Source: Acidobacteriota bacterium
Lineage (GTDB): Bacteria; Acidobacteriota; Blastocatellia; RBC074
DNA length: 64,000 bases
Assembly: GCA_037439425.1 (NCBI GenBank)
Contig: JBBIWA010000022.1
Coordinates: 1-64,000, forward strand
Reading direction: 5' to 3'
Below are positions 18,052 through 28,619 of the stretch, in pieces; the first letter of the stretch is position 1; each line of letters starts with the position of its first letter. A program made the position numbers and the translations under genes. The notes beneath the pieces were generated by a model. That model was given only the letters and a program-made list of their open reading frames with translations, did not search any database and was not told the origin of the DNA.

Positions 18052-18088
18052 GCGAGGGGCGCTTCCCTCTTTGAGGGGCGTTTTATTG
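18052..18088 (+). terminator. Mutually exclusive hairpins GAGGG-gcgct-tCCCTC and CCCTC-tttg-AGGGG followed by a TTTTATTG tract (terminator/attenuator-like)
   Basis: Seen directly. Lies on the plus strand in the divergent region, about 240 nt upstream of korA. Confidence 0.35.
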
Positions 18089-18330
18089 TGGATGCTGGAA
18101 GAGAGCTCGGGCAGCGGTACGTGCCATTTGAAGGCGACCGTGATATGATAGCTTTGGTTCTGCGTTCACGAGAACGTCTCTGAGATAGTTCCGAACTCGT
18201 TCAGAGGTTTGATTGGTTATTTTAGTCACTTTATGAGAGGATTTAGTCACTCCATTGTGAGGCCTTTCACCCCACGCCGGGGATGCCAAGTGGAAGGCTT
18301 CATCAATCCAGAACGGAGTCAATAACGCTT

Positions 18331-20190
18331 ATGCCATTAACCACGCTTGAGGAGCAAACTACGCAGCAACACCGGATTGAAGAACTAGAGGCAGTAACCA
18401 TTCGCTTCGCCGGTGATTCGGGTGACGGGATGCAGCTTACCGGCACGCAGTTCACCGCGACTTCGGCTATTGTGGGCAACGATATTTCGACGCTGCCTGA
18501 TTTTCCAGCTGAGATTCGCGCTCCAGCCGGCAGCCTGCCGGGTGTGTCGGGATTTCAACTCAACTTCAGCAGCCGTGATATTCGCACTCCGGGCGATGAG
18601 CCGAATGTGTTGGTCGCAATGAATCCAGCCGCGCTCAAGACCAATCTCAAGGACCTGGAGCCGGGCGGGATCCTGGTCGTCAATACTGATGCCTTCACTG
18701 AGGGCAACTTGAAGAAGGCTGGTTACGAGACCAATCCGCTCGAGGACGGCTCGCTTTCTGGTTATCGGCTCTTCCAGATTCCGATCACCACGCTCACGCT
18801 CAAAGCGCTGGAAGAAGTCAATTTGCCGCACAAACAACAGGAGCGTTGTAAGAACTTCTATGCGCTGGGGCTGATGTACTGGCTTTATGATCGCCCGCTG
18901 GAACCGACGCTGCGCTGGATCGCAGAGAAGTTCGTCAAGATGCCGGAGGTAGCCAAAGCCAACACGCTCGCGCTCAAGGCAGGCTACAATTATGCTGACA
19001 CGACCGAGATCTTCACGACCCACTATCGCGTCGGCAAGGCCAGGATTGCGCCGGGCAAATACCGCAACATCACCGGCAATGAAGCGACGGCTATCGGCTT
19101 CATCACCGCGGCGCAGCTTGCCGGGCGCCCGCTCTTTTACGGCAGCTATCCGATTACCCCAGCCTCTGACATTTTGCAGGAGCTTGCTCGGCACAAGAAT
19201 TTCGGCGTCAAGACATTTCAAGCGGAAGATGAGATTGCAGCCATTGGAGCTGCCATTGGAGCTGCCTTTGCGGGTCACATCGGACTGACCGGCACAAGCG
19301 GACCTGGACTAGCCTTGAAGTCTGAGTTTATCGGGCTGGCGGTGATGACCGAGCTTCCGATCGTCATCATTGACGTGCAGCGTGGTGGTCCTTCTACCGG
19401 ATTGCCGACCAAGACCGAGCAGGCCGATTTGCTGCAAGCCATGTGTGGCCGCAACAGCGAATCTCCGGTGGGGGTGGTCGCTCCGGCTACTCCGGCTGAT
19501 TGTTTCCACATGGCTATCGAAGCGGTTCGCTTGGCGACCAAATACATGGCGCCGGTTATTTACCTCTCTGATGGTTACCTCGGTAATGGTTCGGAGCCGT
19601 GGGCCATTCCCTCGATAGATAGTCTGCCCAGGATCGAAGTCAAATTCCGCACGGATCCGAATGGTTTCTATCCTTATCTGCGAGATGAGAAGACACTGGC
19701 CAGGCCGTGGGCGCTGCCGGGCACGCCAGGACTGGAGCACCGCATCGGCGGGCTTGAAAAGCAGCACATCACAGGCAATGTCAGCTACGATCCTGAAAAC
19801 CACGATTTCATGGTGCGGCTGCGGGCGGAAAAGATCGCGCGCATGGCGCAGGACATCCCGCCTGTTGAAGTCTTTGGTGAGACGGAAGGGAAGGTGCTGG
19901 TGCTAGGTTGGGGCTCGACTTATGGCGCGATCACCACGGCGGTGGAACGGTTGCGCGAGCGGGGTGCCCCAGTCTCCAGCGCGCATCTGCGTTATCTTAA
20001 CCCCTTCCCCAGAAATCTGGGCAAGGTGCTCAGCAATTTCGAGACAGTGATTATCCCTGAACTCAACCTCGGCCAGCTGGCGCTGCTTATTCGCGCCAGG
20101 TATTTGGTGGATGCTATCAGCTTCTCGAAGGTGAAAGGCCAACCGTTCAAGGTCGCCGAGATCGTCAACAAGGTTGAGGAGTATTTGTAA
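18331..20190 (+). CDS. korA: 2-oxoacid:ferredoxin oxidoreductase, subunit alpha (large fused KorA type)
   Basis: Pattern of the two-subunit actinobacterial-type KOR alpha, about 620 aa, followed by a TPP-binding beta subunit. Confidence 0.85.
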   Translation: MPLTTLEEQTTQQHRIEELEAVTIRFAGDSGDGMQLTGTQFTATSAIVGNDISTLPDFPAEIRAPAGSLPGVSGFQLNFSSRDIRTPGDEPNVLVAMNPAALKTNLKDLEPGGILVVNTDAFTEGNLKKAGYETNPLEDGSLSGYRLFQIPITTLTLKALEEVNLPHKQQERCKNFYALGLMYWLYDRPLEPTLRWIAEKFVKMPEVAKANTLALKAGYNYADTTEIFTTHYRVGKARIAPGKYRNITGNEATAIGFITAAQLAGRPLFYGSYPITPASDILQELARHKNFGVKTFQAEDEIAAIGAAIGAAFAGHIGLTGTSGPGLALKSEFIGLAVMTELPIVIIDVQRGGPSTGLPTKTEQADLLQAMCGRNSESPVGVVAPATPADCFHMAIEAVRLATKYMAPVIYLSDGYLGNGSEPWAIPSIDSLPRIEVKFRTDPNGFYPYLRDEKTLARPWALPGTPGLEHRIGGLEKQHITGNVSYDPENHDFMVRLRAEKIARMAQDIPPVEVFGETEGKVLVLGWGSTYGAITTAVERLRERGAPVSSAHLRYLNPFPRNLGKVLSNFETVIIPELNLGQLALLIRARYLVDAISFSKVKGQPFKVAEIVNKVEEYL

Positions 20191-20253
20191 TTGGTCAAGG
20201 GTCATTAGCTATGCTGCCATTGGCAGCTGATGAGAAACAGAAGGATAACAACT

Positions 20254-21354
20254 ATGAATGAAAACGGACCTACAACAGGCGGTAATGGAAAGCAGGCAGT
20301 CAAGCTGACGCGCAAGGATTTCATCTCGGACCAGGAAGTGCGCTGGTGCCCTGGCTGCGGCGATTATTCGATTCTGGCTCAAGTGCAGAAAGTGATGCCC
20401 GAGCTGGGAATTGATCGGGAGAAGATCGTTTTCGTCTCCGGCATTGGTTGTTCGAGCCGCTTCCCTTATTACATGAACACCTACGGCTTTCATGGCATTC
20501 ACGGCCGCGCGCCAGCACTGGCCACAGGTATCAAGGTAGCCAATCCTGAGTTGAGCGTCTGGGTGATCACAGGCGATGGAGATGCGCTTTCCATCGGCGG
20601 CAATCATTTTATTCACGCCTTGCGGCGCAACCTTGACATCAAGATTATCCTCTTCAACAATCGCATCTACGGTTTGACCAAAGGGCAGTATTCGCCAACT
20701 TCGGAACTAGGCAAGAAGAACAAGACGGCCCCGATGGGCGTCATTGACTATCCGGTTAATCCCTTGAGTCTGGCTTTCGCTTCGGAAGCCACTTTCGTAG
20801 CTCGCTCGATTGACTCCGATCCGAAGCATCTCTCAGCAATGATTGAGCGCCTGGCCAGGCACAAAGGCTCAGCTTTCCTTGAAGTCTTTCAAAATTGCAA
20901 CATCTTCAACGATGGGGCATTCAAACCTTTCTCTGAGCGCGAGGTGCGTGATGATCGGATGATTCAGCTTGAGCACGGCAAGCCCTTAATCTTCGGCAAG
21001 AACAAAGACAAGGGCATTCGCCTCAGAGGAGTGAGGCCGGAGGTGGTGACCATCGGCGAGAATGGAGTGACGGTTGATGACTTGCTCGTGCATGACGAAA
21101 CGGCACAAGACCCCAATCTCGGCTACATTCTTGGCCGTCTGGAATATCCAGACTATCCGGTGCCTGTAGGCGTCTTCCGTGCGGTCACCAAGCCGACTTA
21201 TGAGAACATGCTGGCCGATCAAATCACCGCTGCCGTAACCACGAAAGGCCCGGGCGATCTCTATGAGCTGTTCAATAGCGGCGAGACCTGGATCATCACT
21301 GCCGATGGTGAGCAGTTGCCGATAAAACCTATCGGTTCAGGTACAGGAAGCTAA
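20254..21354 (+). CDS. korB: 2-oxoacid:ferredoxin oxidoreductase, subunit beta (TPP-binding)
   Basis: CPGCGDYSIL Fe-S/TPP region and GDGDALSIGGNH TPP motif. Confidence 0.85.
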   Translation: MNENGPTTGGNGKQAVKLTRKDFISDQEVRWCPGCGDYSILAQVQKVMPELGIDREKIVFVSGIGCSSRFPYYMNTYGFHGIHGRAPALATGIKVANPELSVWVITGDGDALSIGGNHFIHALRRNLDIKIILFNNRIYGLTKGQYSPTSELGKKNKTAPMGVIDYPVNPLSLAFASEATFVARSIDSDPKHLSAMIERLARHKGSAFLEVFQNCNIFNDGAFKPFSEREVRDDRMIQLEHGKPLIFGKNKDKGIRLRGVRPEVVTIGENGVTVDDLLVHDETAQDPNLGYILGRLEYPDYPVPVGVFRAVTKPTYENMLADQITAAVTTKGPGDLYELFNSGETWIITADGEQLPIKPIGSGTGS

Positions 21355-21430
21355 CCCTACTTTGACTGGGATCGGGCCTATGGTCAGCCATCATTTGCTA
21401 CTGACTGCTGGCTCCTGACTACTGAGAGAT

Positions 21431-21946
21431 ATGATTTGCCCACATTGCGGTCACGATAATCTTGAAGGAGCAGACAATTGCGAGACCTGTCTGCACGATC
21501 TGCGCACGCTCGATGTGCCTTTGCCGACTGCCGGCTTACAGAAGCATTTGATGGAGGATAGGGTCAGCCAGATCCCCTTTGACCGTCTGGTGCTGGCCAG
21601 TCCTGATGATTCTGTGGCCGAAGTGGTCTCCCGTCTCAAAGCCATTAATGTCGGGCAGGCGGTGGTGGTTGAGGAGGGGAAACTGGTGGGCATCATGACC
21701 GAGCGCGACTTGCTTTATAAAGTCGCCGGGCGCGAGCTGGACCTCCAGAAGCTACCCGTGCGGGAGGTGATGACCCCACATCCCGAAGCGGTCCGAGAGC
21801 AAGACGAGATTCGTTTCGTTATCAACAAAATGTCGGTCGGGGGATACCGTCACGTGCCAATTGTCAGGGATGATCGGCCCGTGGGGATTATCTCGGCCAA
21901 GGCGATAGCCAATTACATACTCGAACATAGTGAGCTGGAATTTTAG
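21431..21946 (+). CDS. CBS-pair protein with N-terminal zinc-ribbon (CPHCGH..CETC)
   Basis: C4 ribbon followed by two CBS motifs. Confidence 0.75.
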   Translation: MICPHCGHDNLEGADNCETCLHDLRTLDVPLPTAGLQKHLMEDRVSQIPFDRLVLASPDDSVAEVVSRLKAINVGQAVVVEEGKLVGIMTERDLLYKVAGRELDLQKLPVREVMTPHPEAVREQDEIRFVINKMSVGGYRHVPIVRDDRPVGIISAKAIANYILEHSELEF

Positions 21947-21966
21947 TCTGTGGAGGCTTTGCTGGG

Positions 21967-22434
21967 ATGTCTATTGCTGATCAATTAACAGAGACCAAAA
22001 TTCGCCATCTGCCATTGCGTGCGCCGGCGGTGGTCGAACGAAGCGCAACCATCCTGGAGACGGTTGAAGAGATCAAACGCAAACAGCTCGGTTGCGCGCT
22101 CATCTGTGACCGAGGGAAGTTGGTGGGGCTGTTTACCGAGCGGGACCTGCTCAATAGAGTGATCGGTGAACCGGTCAGTTATTCAGCTCCGGTCGAGCAG
22201 GTGATGACTCCCAACCCGGCAACGCTGAGCCTGGATGATTCGGTCGCCGCAGTTATGCGGCTAATGCGCGATGGGGATTATCGAACGATCCCGCTGGTGG
22301 ATGCCGAAGGGAAGGCCGCTGGCGTGGTGATGGTGCGCGACCTGATCAACTACTTCGCCGAATTTTATCCCAAAGAAGCGCTCAATCTCCCCCCGGATCC
22401 GGACCAGAAAATGAAAAATCCAGAAGGAGCTTAA
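21967..22434 (+). CDS. CBS-pair domain protein
   Basis: Two CBS motifs, 155 aa. Confidence 0.75.
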   Translation: MSIADQLTETKIRHLPLRAPAVVERSATILETVEEIKRKQLGCALICDRGKLVGLFTERDLLNRVIGEPVSYSAPVEQVMTPNPATLSLDDSVAAVMRLMRDGDYRTIPLVDAEGKAAGVVMVRDLINYFAEFYPKEALNLPPDPDQKMKNPEGA

Positions 22435-22447
22435 GCAGCCAACTATT

Positions 22448-23008
22448 ATGTCTATCCTTGCGGAAATCCTTGAGACCGTCAAAGAAGTTGTTGAAGTCGC
22501 GCGCTCAACTGCAGCGGGCATGAGCGTAACGCTCAGTCACATTCCTACTCCCAAAGCCACAGTCAGCTATCCCGATCAACCCGTCCAGATCTTCCATCGT
22601 TTTCGCGGCGAGCACTACCTCGATGTCAACGAAGACGGCAAAGAGCGCTGCGTCGCCTGTTTCCTCTGCGCAGCGGCCTGTCCGGCCGATGCGATCTACA
22701 TCGAAGGCGCTGAAGACCCGCGTCCTTACGAAGAACGGGCGACGATGGACCATCGCTACGCGAAGGTCTACCAGATTGACTATGGCCGCTGCATCCTCTG
22801 CGGTTTCTGCGTAGATGCTTGCCCGACCGATGCTATCAAGCACGGACACAACTTTGAGTGGGCAGTCTACTCGCCAGGCGAGATGGTCAAAGACAAAGAG
22901 TATTTACTATCCAACAAGTGGCGCGAGCCAGATGTCAAGCCTAACGAAAAGCAATTGCCTCTGGCCAGGAAACAGACCCAGCCGCCTCTCCACATCGTGC
23001 TCAAGTAA
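22448..23008 (+). CDS. NuoI-type 2x[4Fe-4S] ferredoxin (NADH-quinone oxidoreductase subunit I family), not in a nuo operon
   Basis: Two CxxCxxCxxxCP motifs (CVACFLCAAACP, CILCGFCVDACP) embedded in a NuoI-like framework. Confidence 0.75.
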   Translation: MSILAEILETVKEVVEVARSTAAGMSVTLSHIPTPKATVSYPDQPVQIFHRFRGEHYLDVNEDGKERCVACFLCAAACPADAIYIEGAEDPRPYEERATMDHRYAKVYQIDYGRCILCGFCVDACPTDAIKHGHNFEWAVYSPGEMVKDKEYLLSNKWREPDVKPNEKQLPLARKQTQPPLHIVLK

Positions 23009-23062
23009 GCCAGGTAGGGCGAAATGGTCAGTTCACCCGTGACGCAGCCAACCTCGGTTAGC

Positions 23063-24253
23063 TTACTCGGTGATGAAGTGCGTGGTGGCTAGGGTCCAGT
23101 AATCGGTGTAGACCCCAGCATCATAATCTTTCAAGAAGACAGAGATGTGCTGAAGCAGCGTCGTAATGCGGTGGCCGGCCACCTGAGCCGGATGGGCCTG
23201 GCCTCTTGAAGGAACCGCCCGGATGAAGACGCTCTTGGCGTCAATAGGCAGTTTTCTGACATTCCCGACGAAGTCCTGGAAACTCCCGTTCTGAAACAAG
23301 AACTGCTCGACGTTGGAGGTGTAGAAAGCGCTGACGGTGTAGCCCTGCTTGCGCAGGTATTCGCCAACGGAAGCGAGAGCTTTGGGACCGGCGAAATCTC
23401 CGACGACTGGAATAATCCGATTTTGCAGGTGAAGACTCCGCACCCATCGGTAGTCCTCCTCAGTCGCCAGGAAATTCCCCAACTTTCCGTTCAAATCGGG
23501 CTCCAGGATCAGTTCGCGCAGACTGGGAAAGCGCCTGTAGGAGCCGAAGTTAGCTGTCCCCGTCCCGAAACCGATTTCGAGACCGGCTCTGTGGAAAGCC
23601 GAGTAAACGTATTCCAGTCGCTGCTGGTCGCGCTCGGAGAGGGGAAAATGAAACTCCTGTTGGATCATCTTCCGGACCCGGCTCAAGTTGGCCGTAAAGG
23701 TCTCCTCCGGTGCGGCAGCAGAAGCGAAATATTCTAGCATCCGCTCGATGGCAGCGCCTTTCAACCGCGCCCCGTCTCCTTGAAGCGGCCGGCTCAGCAA
23801 ATACGAGAGAAATTCAGCGCGGCTCTCCGAGAGATGAAAGATCGCCTTGTAGAGAAGATGCTGAAGCATCGCCTGACGCCGGATGTCCACAATGAAAGCG
23901 ATCTCCGGACGAATCTTGGCAATGTAGGTGAAATTCTGTTCCGGCCCAACTCCCAGGTAGGCTCCACCAGAGATGCGTAGCTCACGCAGCTTGCCGACGA
24001 TGTGCAGATACGAGGTCTCGTTGGAAGTGAAGTTATCGGAACGGAAGTACCCATCCTCTTCGGACAGCTCTCGGATCAGGCGCGAAAACTCCGGGGCTGG
24101 GATCGGCTTTAGCTTCCCCCGTTCGGAGCTGGCCTGGTCAATCACAGACGTAGCAGACCAGCTCCCGACAGCGATGAGCATTAGTAACAGTGGCAGGAAC
24201 ACTTTCCACCTCAGTCTCAGGCGACTAAAGAACGGTGGCGTCATAATTTTCAC
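23063..24253 (-). CDS. Hypothetical protein, N-terminal signal/anchor, 396 aa
   Basis: Long ORF with normal composition. No family recognised. Confidence 0.5.
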   Translation of the reverse strand: MKIMTPPFFSRLRLRWKVFLPLLLMLIAVGSWSATSVIDQASSERGKLKPIPAPEFSRLIRELSEEDGYFRSDNFTSNETSYLHIVGKLRELRISGGAYLGVGPEQNFTYIAKIRPEIAFIVDIRRQAMLQHLLYKAIFHLSESRAEFLSYLLSRPLQGDGARLKGAAIERMLEYFASAAAPEETFTANLSRVRKMIQQEFHFPLSERDQQRLEYVYSAFHRAGLEIGFGTGTANFGSYRRFPSLRELILEPDLNGKLGNFLATEEDYRWVRSLHLQNRIIPVVGDFAGPKALASVGEYLRKQGYTVSAFYTSNVEQFLFQNGSFQDFVGNVRKLPIDAKSVFIRAVPSRGQAHPAQVAGHRITTLLQHISVFLKDYDAGVYTDYWTLATTHFITE

Positions 24254-24532
24254 CTCTCTATCTTTTCTTTACACAACCTGGAAAGTAAGCCGGAAAGCTA
24301 TTGGTTGCCCGCGCTGACCACTGCTCACTGGAGCCTGGCAGCTGAAACTTCAACCCAGCAGTCCCCTCCTCCAAGAGTGCTTTATCTTGAAATCAGTGAT
24401 CAGGCGGCAGCCGCCAGTGGTCAGTTTTGCTCAATCTTACGCGCTCATCCCCTGCAGCTGCACTCTAACTTTCCCAGTCGTGTTCTTTACCTTGGGTTCT
24501 AATTTGAGCTTGAGGTTCCAGCTGGCTCCTGT

Positions 24533-25147
24533 TCAATTCCTGGCCGGGACCACCCAATAGTAGATGATGTGATCCTGGTCGCTGCCAGACAGCTCGAGCA
24601 CCTTCTCTGGTTTCCAATCACCCATATCATAGTTGTGCGAGACGATACGGGTGCCCGGTTTGAGTTCGCGTAACAGCTTAGGGCGCAATCTCAGGTTGAC
24701 TTCTGGGAGCAAGTAGAGGGTGACCACGGTCGCTTCACTGAGATCGATCTCGAACAGATCCTGCTGCAGGAACTTGACGCGATCGCTCACCCCAGCCTGT
24801 CTGGCATTGGCGTTACTCTCCTTGATGCGTTCCGGATCAATATCCACGCCCACGCCCCGGGCTCCGAATTTCTGCGCTGCGGCGATGACGATGCGCCCGT
24901 CACCGCAGCCAAGGTCATAGACTACATCGTTCTTCCCCACGTTGGCCAGTCGGAGCATTTCCTCCACGACCTGATGCGGCGTTGGCACATAAGGCACTTC
25001 GGGCTGGCGCTCTTGCGCCGCGACTCTCAAAAGCTGGATGCCTGCGGTTGTTGATACGCCAGTTAAGACTAGACCCACCAACAGGGCCACAATCCGCAGC
25101 GTCTTTCTCGATTTCATCTTGCCTCTTCCTTTTCTAAACGAAGCCAC
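24533..25147 (-). CDS. Class I SAM-dependent methyltransferase with N-terminal membrane anchor
   Basis: Motif I VVYDLGCGDGRI. Confidence 0.75.
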   Translation of the reverse strand: MASFRKGRGKMKSRKTLRIVALLVGLVLTGVSTTAGIQLLRVAAQERQPEVPYVPTPHQVVEEMLRLANVGKNDVVYDLGCGDGRIVIAAAQKFGARGVGVDIDPERIKESNANARQAGVSDRVKFLQQDLFEIDLSEATVVTLYLLPEVNLRLRPKLLRELKPGTRIVSHNYDMGDWKPEKVLELSGSDQDHIIYYWVVPARN

Positions 25148-25180
25148 AACCGTTTGTGATTGATCACTGAATTCAGCCCG

Positions 25181-26527
25181 CTACCGCCCGGAGCCGGAAG
25201 ACCTCTGGCCGATGCAGAAGAGATGCTCGTCGGTCCGGATGAAGAGCTGCCCGTTGGAGATGGCGGGAGAAGCCACCATTCGCTCGCCGAGCTGATTGCG
25301 CGCCAACAGGCGAAACTGCCGCCCGGCCTCAAGCACAATCGTTTCCCCTAGCTCGCTCGTCAGGTAAATCTTGCCATCGCCGGCGACGGGCGAAGCGCTG
25401 AAGATCCCTTCGATCCGTTCTTGCCACACCTTCTCTCCTGTCTTTGCATCAACGCAGGTCGCAATGCCAGCATCATTGGCCATATAAATCAGGCCGCGAT
25501 AGTAGAGCAGCGAAGAGATATAGGGCGCGCCCGTGGGGACGAGCCATTGCACGTGGGTGCGCGAGATGTCGCCGCGGCCGCCGAGACGAATCGCCATGTA
25601 GGGGCCACTGCGATAGCCGCGACTGGCATACAGCAGGCCGCCCTCAGCCGATGGCACCGGGATAGGAAAGCGATTCGCTTCGCCGGTGTACCAGAGTAGT
25701 TTGCCGGTAGCTGGGTCGTAAGCATCAATGCGCTCGCTGGCGTTCACAATCAACTCGTCACCGCCAGGACCGCTCACCACTGTAGGCGTGCTGTAAGAGC
25801 GGCTGCCTTTGCCCCGGTCCACCTTCCATCTCTCTTTGCCGGTCTTCTTATCTAATGCGAGCAGGTAAGAAGCAGGCACGTGATCGCAGAGCAAGATCAA
25901 CAAATCACGGTAGAGCGCTGGCGAGCTGCCATGCCCCCATTCAATCTCAAACGGTGAATATTCTTTGCCCAGATGGCGCTGCCAGACGAGTTCCCCTCTC
26001 ATACTCAAAGCCACGAGCTGGCCATTCCCGAACCAGGCATAGATCATCTCCCCATCGGTGACCGGGCTGGGGCTGGCCAGATTGTGTTTCTGGTGCACGG
26101 CCGGAAGCTGGCCTTCGGCCTCTAGCCGATACTCCCATAGGCGACGACCATCAGCACGATGAAAAGCTTCAACCAGGAAGTAAACCTGCTTCGTCTTCTG
26201 CCCGGTTGCAGCAGCTTGTTTGCCGAGAGGTTTTTCTGCGGCTGCCTCCTGGCCCCGAGCCAGAGTGGGATGGGATCCGGGCCGCAACGCAGATTCTCCT
26301 ACTTGCGACGTGACGATGACGCGATCACCCCAGACAATCGGTGCGGAAACGCCCAGGCCGCTTAACGGGGCTTTCCAGGTAACTTCATCTTTACTCCAGC
26401 GCACTGGCAGCCCTCTTTCTTGGGAGACTCCAGTCCCGAATGGTCCCCGCCATTGCGGCCAGTTGTCGGTGTAGACCACACTGGCCAGACTCATTAACAC
26501 GACGATGGTTGTCGACCAAATGCGCAT
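25181..26527 (-). CDS. PQQ-like beta-propeller repeat protein (BamB-like), secreted
   Basis: Signal peptide and repeated W/G-rich blade motifs. Confidence 0.8.
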   Translation of the reverse strand: MRIWSTTIVVLMSLASVVYTDNWPQWRGPFGTGVSQERGLPVRWSKDEVTWKAPLSGLGVSAPIVWGDRVIVTSQVGESALRPGSHPTLARGQEAAAEKPLGKQAAATGQKTKQVYFLVEAFHRADGRRLWEYRLEAEGQLPAVHQKHNLASPSPVTDGEMIYAWFGNGQLVALSMRGELVWQRHLGKEYSPFEIEWGHGSSPALYRDLLILLCDHVPASYLLALDKKTGKERWKVDRGKGSRSYSTPTVVSGPGGDELIVNASERIDAYDPATGKLLWYTGEANRFPIPVPSAEGGLLYASRGYRSGPYMAIRLGGRGDISRTHVQWLVPTGAPYISSLLYYRGLIYMANDAGIATCVDAKTGEKVWQERIEGIFSASPVAGDGKIYLTSELGETIVLEAGRQFRLLARNQLGERMVASPAISNGQLFIRTDEHLFCIGQRSSGSGR

Positions 26528-26545
26528 CTGACTCCTCCAGAAAAT

Positions 26546-26826
26546 CTTGGGTACGCAAGCATCCTTGCGTGCCTGTCTTCGTCGAGCAAGTAATTACCTT
26601 CGGACCAAGCACGCTAGAAGCGTGCGTACCCAGGCTTAGAAAATCCCTGGGAGCGCACGCATCCTTGCGTGCCGGTCTAGTTAAGAGCGCAAATCCTGAG
26701 AATGCTGGGTCCGCACGCCGGAGGCGCGCCTGTCTTGGTGAAGCTGGTGCTTGCCTGCAAAGCGAGCACGCTCGCAAGCTTGCGTACCCAGGATTTTCGT
26801 TGCTCTCAGGGCGTCGCGCGAGCGAC
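26546..26826. repeat. Two adjacent MITE/REP-like elements (26546-26634 and 26646-26826) with terminal inverted repeats AAAATCYTGGGTACGCACGC / GCGTGCGTACCCAGG and internal GCACGC-loop-GCGTGC hairpins
   Basis: Seen directly. ORF-track ORFs across this region (26391..26777, 26440..26841) are translations of the repeat. Confidence 0.85.
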
Positions 26827-27061
26827 CTGAATGACTTCTAGGGAAAACTGACCAACCTGGTTCTATAAACAGGCCGTGCCACTAATTTCCAAACAAGCTC
26901 TTAGTGAGCTTCGTGGTTCGATTTTCACCACTCGCTTCTTCGGTAGCGGCCAGGGCTATATACGGAGTCTGCCAGCCTCTGGATTCAAATAAGTACCACT
27001 GCCGAGAGAGCGCTGGGAGGGCGAAGCGAAGTGGCAGCTGCTTTGCCATTGCCGAGGTGCT

Positions 27062-28354
27062 CTAAGGCGATCCTTCGCCGATGACCGAACGCTGGGGATC
27101 AACCAGCAGCCACATGGCCACGCCAAAAGCGAAGACTGCGGCTGTGATGTAGAAAGGGAGCGTCCAGGAATTCAACCGCTCGACGGCATAGCCCACCACC
27201 AGCGGCGCCATCGCTCCGCCAAGGTTGCCCACGGTATTCATAAAACCGGTGACTACACCTGCATTGCGCCGCCCGACATCCAGGCAGACGGCCCACGCCG
27301 CGCTGATGGTCACCGTCTGACAACACAGCGCTACTGCCAGTAGCAGTGCTGCCAGCAGGCGGTCTTCTGCCTTCGCTACTGCAACAAGCATCAGCCCGCT
27401 CGCGGCATAACCAATTGCGCCTACACCACAGCGCGCCAGCTTCAGCTTCCCCGTACGCTGCACCAGCCAATCCGTGATCCAGCCGCCGAACCAAAAAGCT
27501 CCAGCGCTGACCACCCACGGCAATGCTGAAAACAATCCTGCATAGCCCGTCGAGAAGCTGCGTGCCTTGAGCAAATAGGTCGGCAACCAAGTGAGGTAAA
27601 AATAAAGCCCATAGCCATAAGCGAAATACATCCCGCAGATGAAGGCCAGATTCGCGCTGCGCAAGAGCCTGGACCACGGCACACGATGCGAGTGATCAAG
27701 CTGGCCTCTATCACCCTGATCAGAGCGGATCAACTTCAACTCTTCCGCATTGACTGCTGGATGTTCTTCAGGCCGATCTCGATACCAACGATACCAGATC
27801 ACAGCCCACACTACGCCGAGCAAGCCAAATTCAACGAAGGTGAGTCGCCAGCCTTGCCACTCAACCAGCTTGAAGACCAGCGGCGTGCTGATCGCTGAGC
27901 CAAGGGCCAAGCCCAGAAAGGCCACGCTCAGGCTGCGCCCCTGCTCCGAAGCTGGAAACCAGCGTGAAACGGCACGCGCAATATTGGGGAATGCTCCGGC
28001 TTCGCCCGCGCCAAACAAAAAGCGCACGACGAGGAGCGAGATGAAGCCGGTCGCAGCGCCACTCAACGCCGTGAAAGCCGACCACCAGAGCACGATGCGC
28101 GTGAGCGTCTGGCGCGCGCCAAAGCGATCACCCAGCCATCCGGTCGGGACCTCGAAGAGGGCATAAGCCAGCGTAAAAGCGCTAAAGACATAGCCCATCT
28201 GAGAAGGTGAAAAGCCAAATTCGCTGGTGATGGCGGGCGCAGCCGCTGAGATGCAAAGGCGGTCTAGATAAGTGATCACGGCCAGAGTAAAGATCAACCA
28301 TAAAATGGTGTGACGCGTCTTGGTCGCAGTGAGAGAGTGAGCGGATTCGATCAT
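27062..28354 (-). CDS. MFS transporter (anion:cation symporter-like)
   Basis: 12-TM organisation and MFS motifs (GWLGDRFGAR). Confidence 0.85.
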   Translation of the reverse strand: MIESAHSLTATKTRHTILWLIFTLAVITYLDRLCISAAAPAITSEFGFSPSQMGYVFSAFTLAYALFEVPTGWLGDRFGARQTLTRIVLWWSAFTALSGAATGFISLLVVRFLFGAGEAGAFPNIARAVSRWFPASEQGRSLSVAFLGLALGSAISTPLVFKLVEWQGWRLTFVEFGLLGVVWAVIWYRWYRDRPEEHPAVNAEELKLIRSDQGDRGQLDHSHRVPWSRLLRSANLAFICGMYFAYGYGLYFYLTWLPTYLLKARSFSTGYAGLFSALPWVVSAGAFWFGGWITDWLVQRTGKLKLARCGVGAIGYAASGLMLVAVAKAEDRLLAALLLAVALCCQTVTISAAWAVCLDVGRRNAGVVTGFMNTVGNLGGAMAPLVVGYAVERLNSWTLPFYITAAVFAFGVAMWLLVDPQRSVIGEGSP

Positions 28355-28619
28355 AGGTTAAGTAGGTGTTGCGCTCTATCCTTACTGAGCCTGCTTACTT
28401 TACGAGAAGTCACGGAGTGAAGGAAAGACGGCAGCTTACAGCTCGGCGTTTGAAGAGTCAATCACCGCCTGGCGCGGTTTATTCTTTTCTCAAGGCCGCA
28501 GCCTGGTGCTATACTGCGACAAGCCATGGCTTGATCATCCACAAACAACCGGCATAGGACGGCAGCCACAAAGCCAGCTTTGCCGTGGGTCAAGGACTCA
28601 TTCAGGAGGAGTCGTTCAG

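Noticed and set aside
26391-26841. ORF-track ORFs 26391..26777(-), 26440..26841(+), 28616..28945(-), 28723..29070(-), 28785..28991(+), 28867..29181(+), 42863..43141(-), 62130..62390(-)
   Set aside because: They are translations of the MITE/REP-like repeat (recurring GTQGCVRTQDF / CVRAWHAGCVRS peptides). Not genes.
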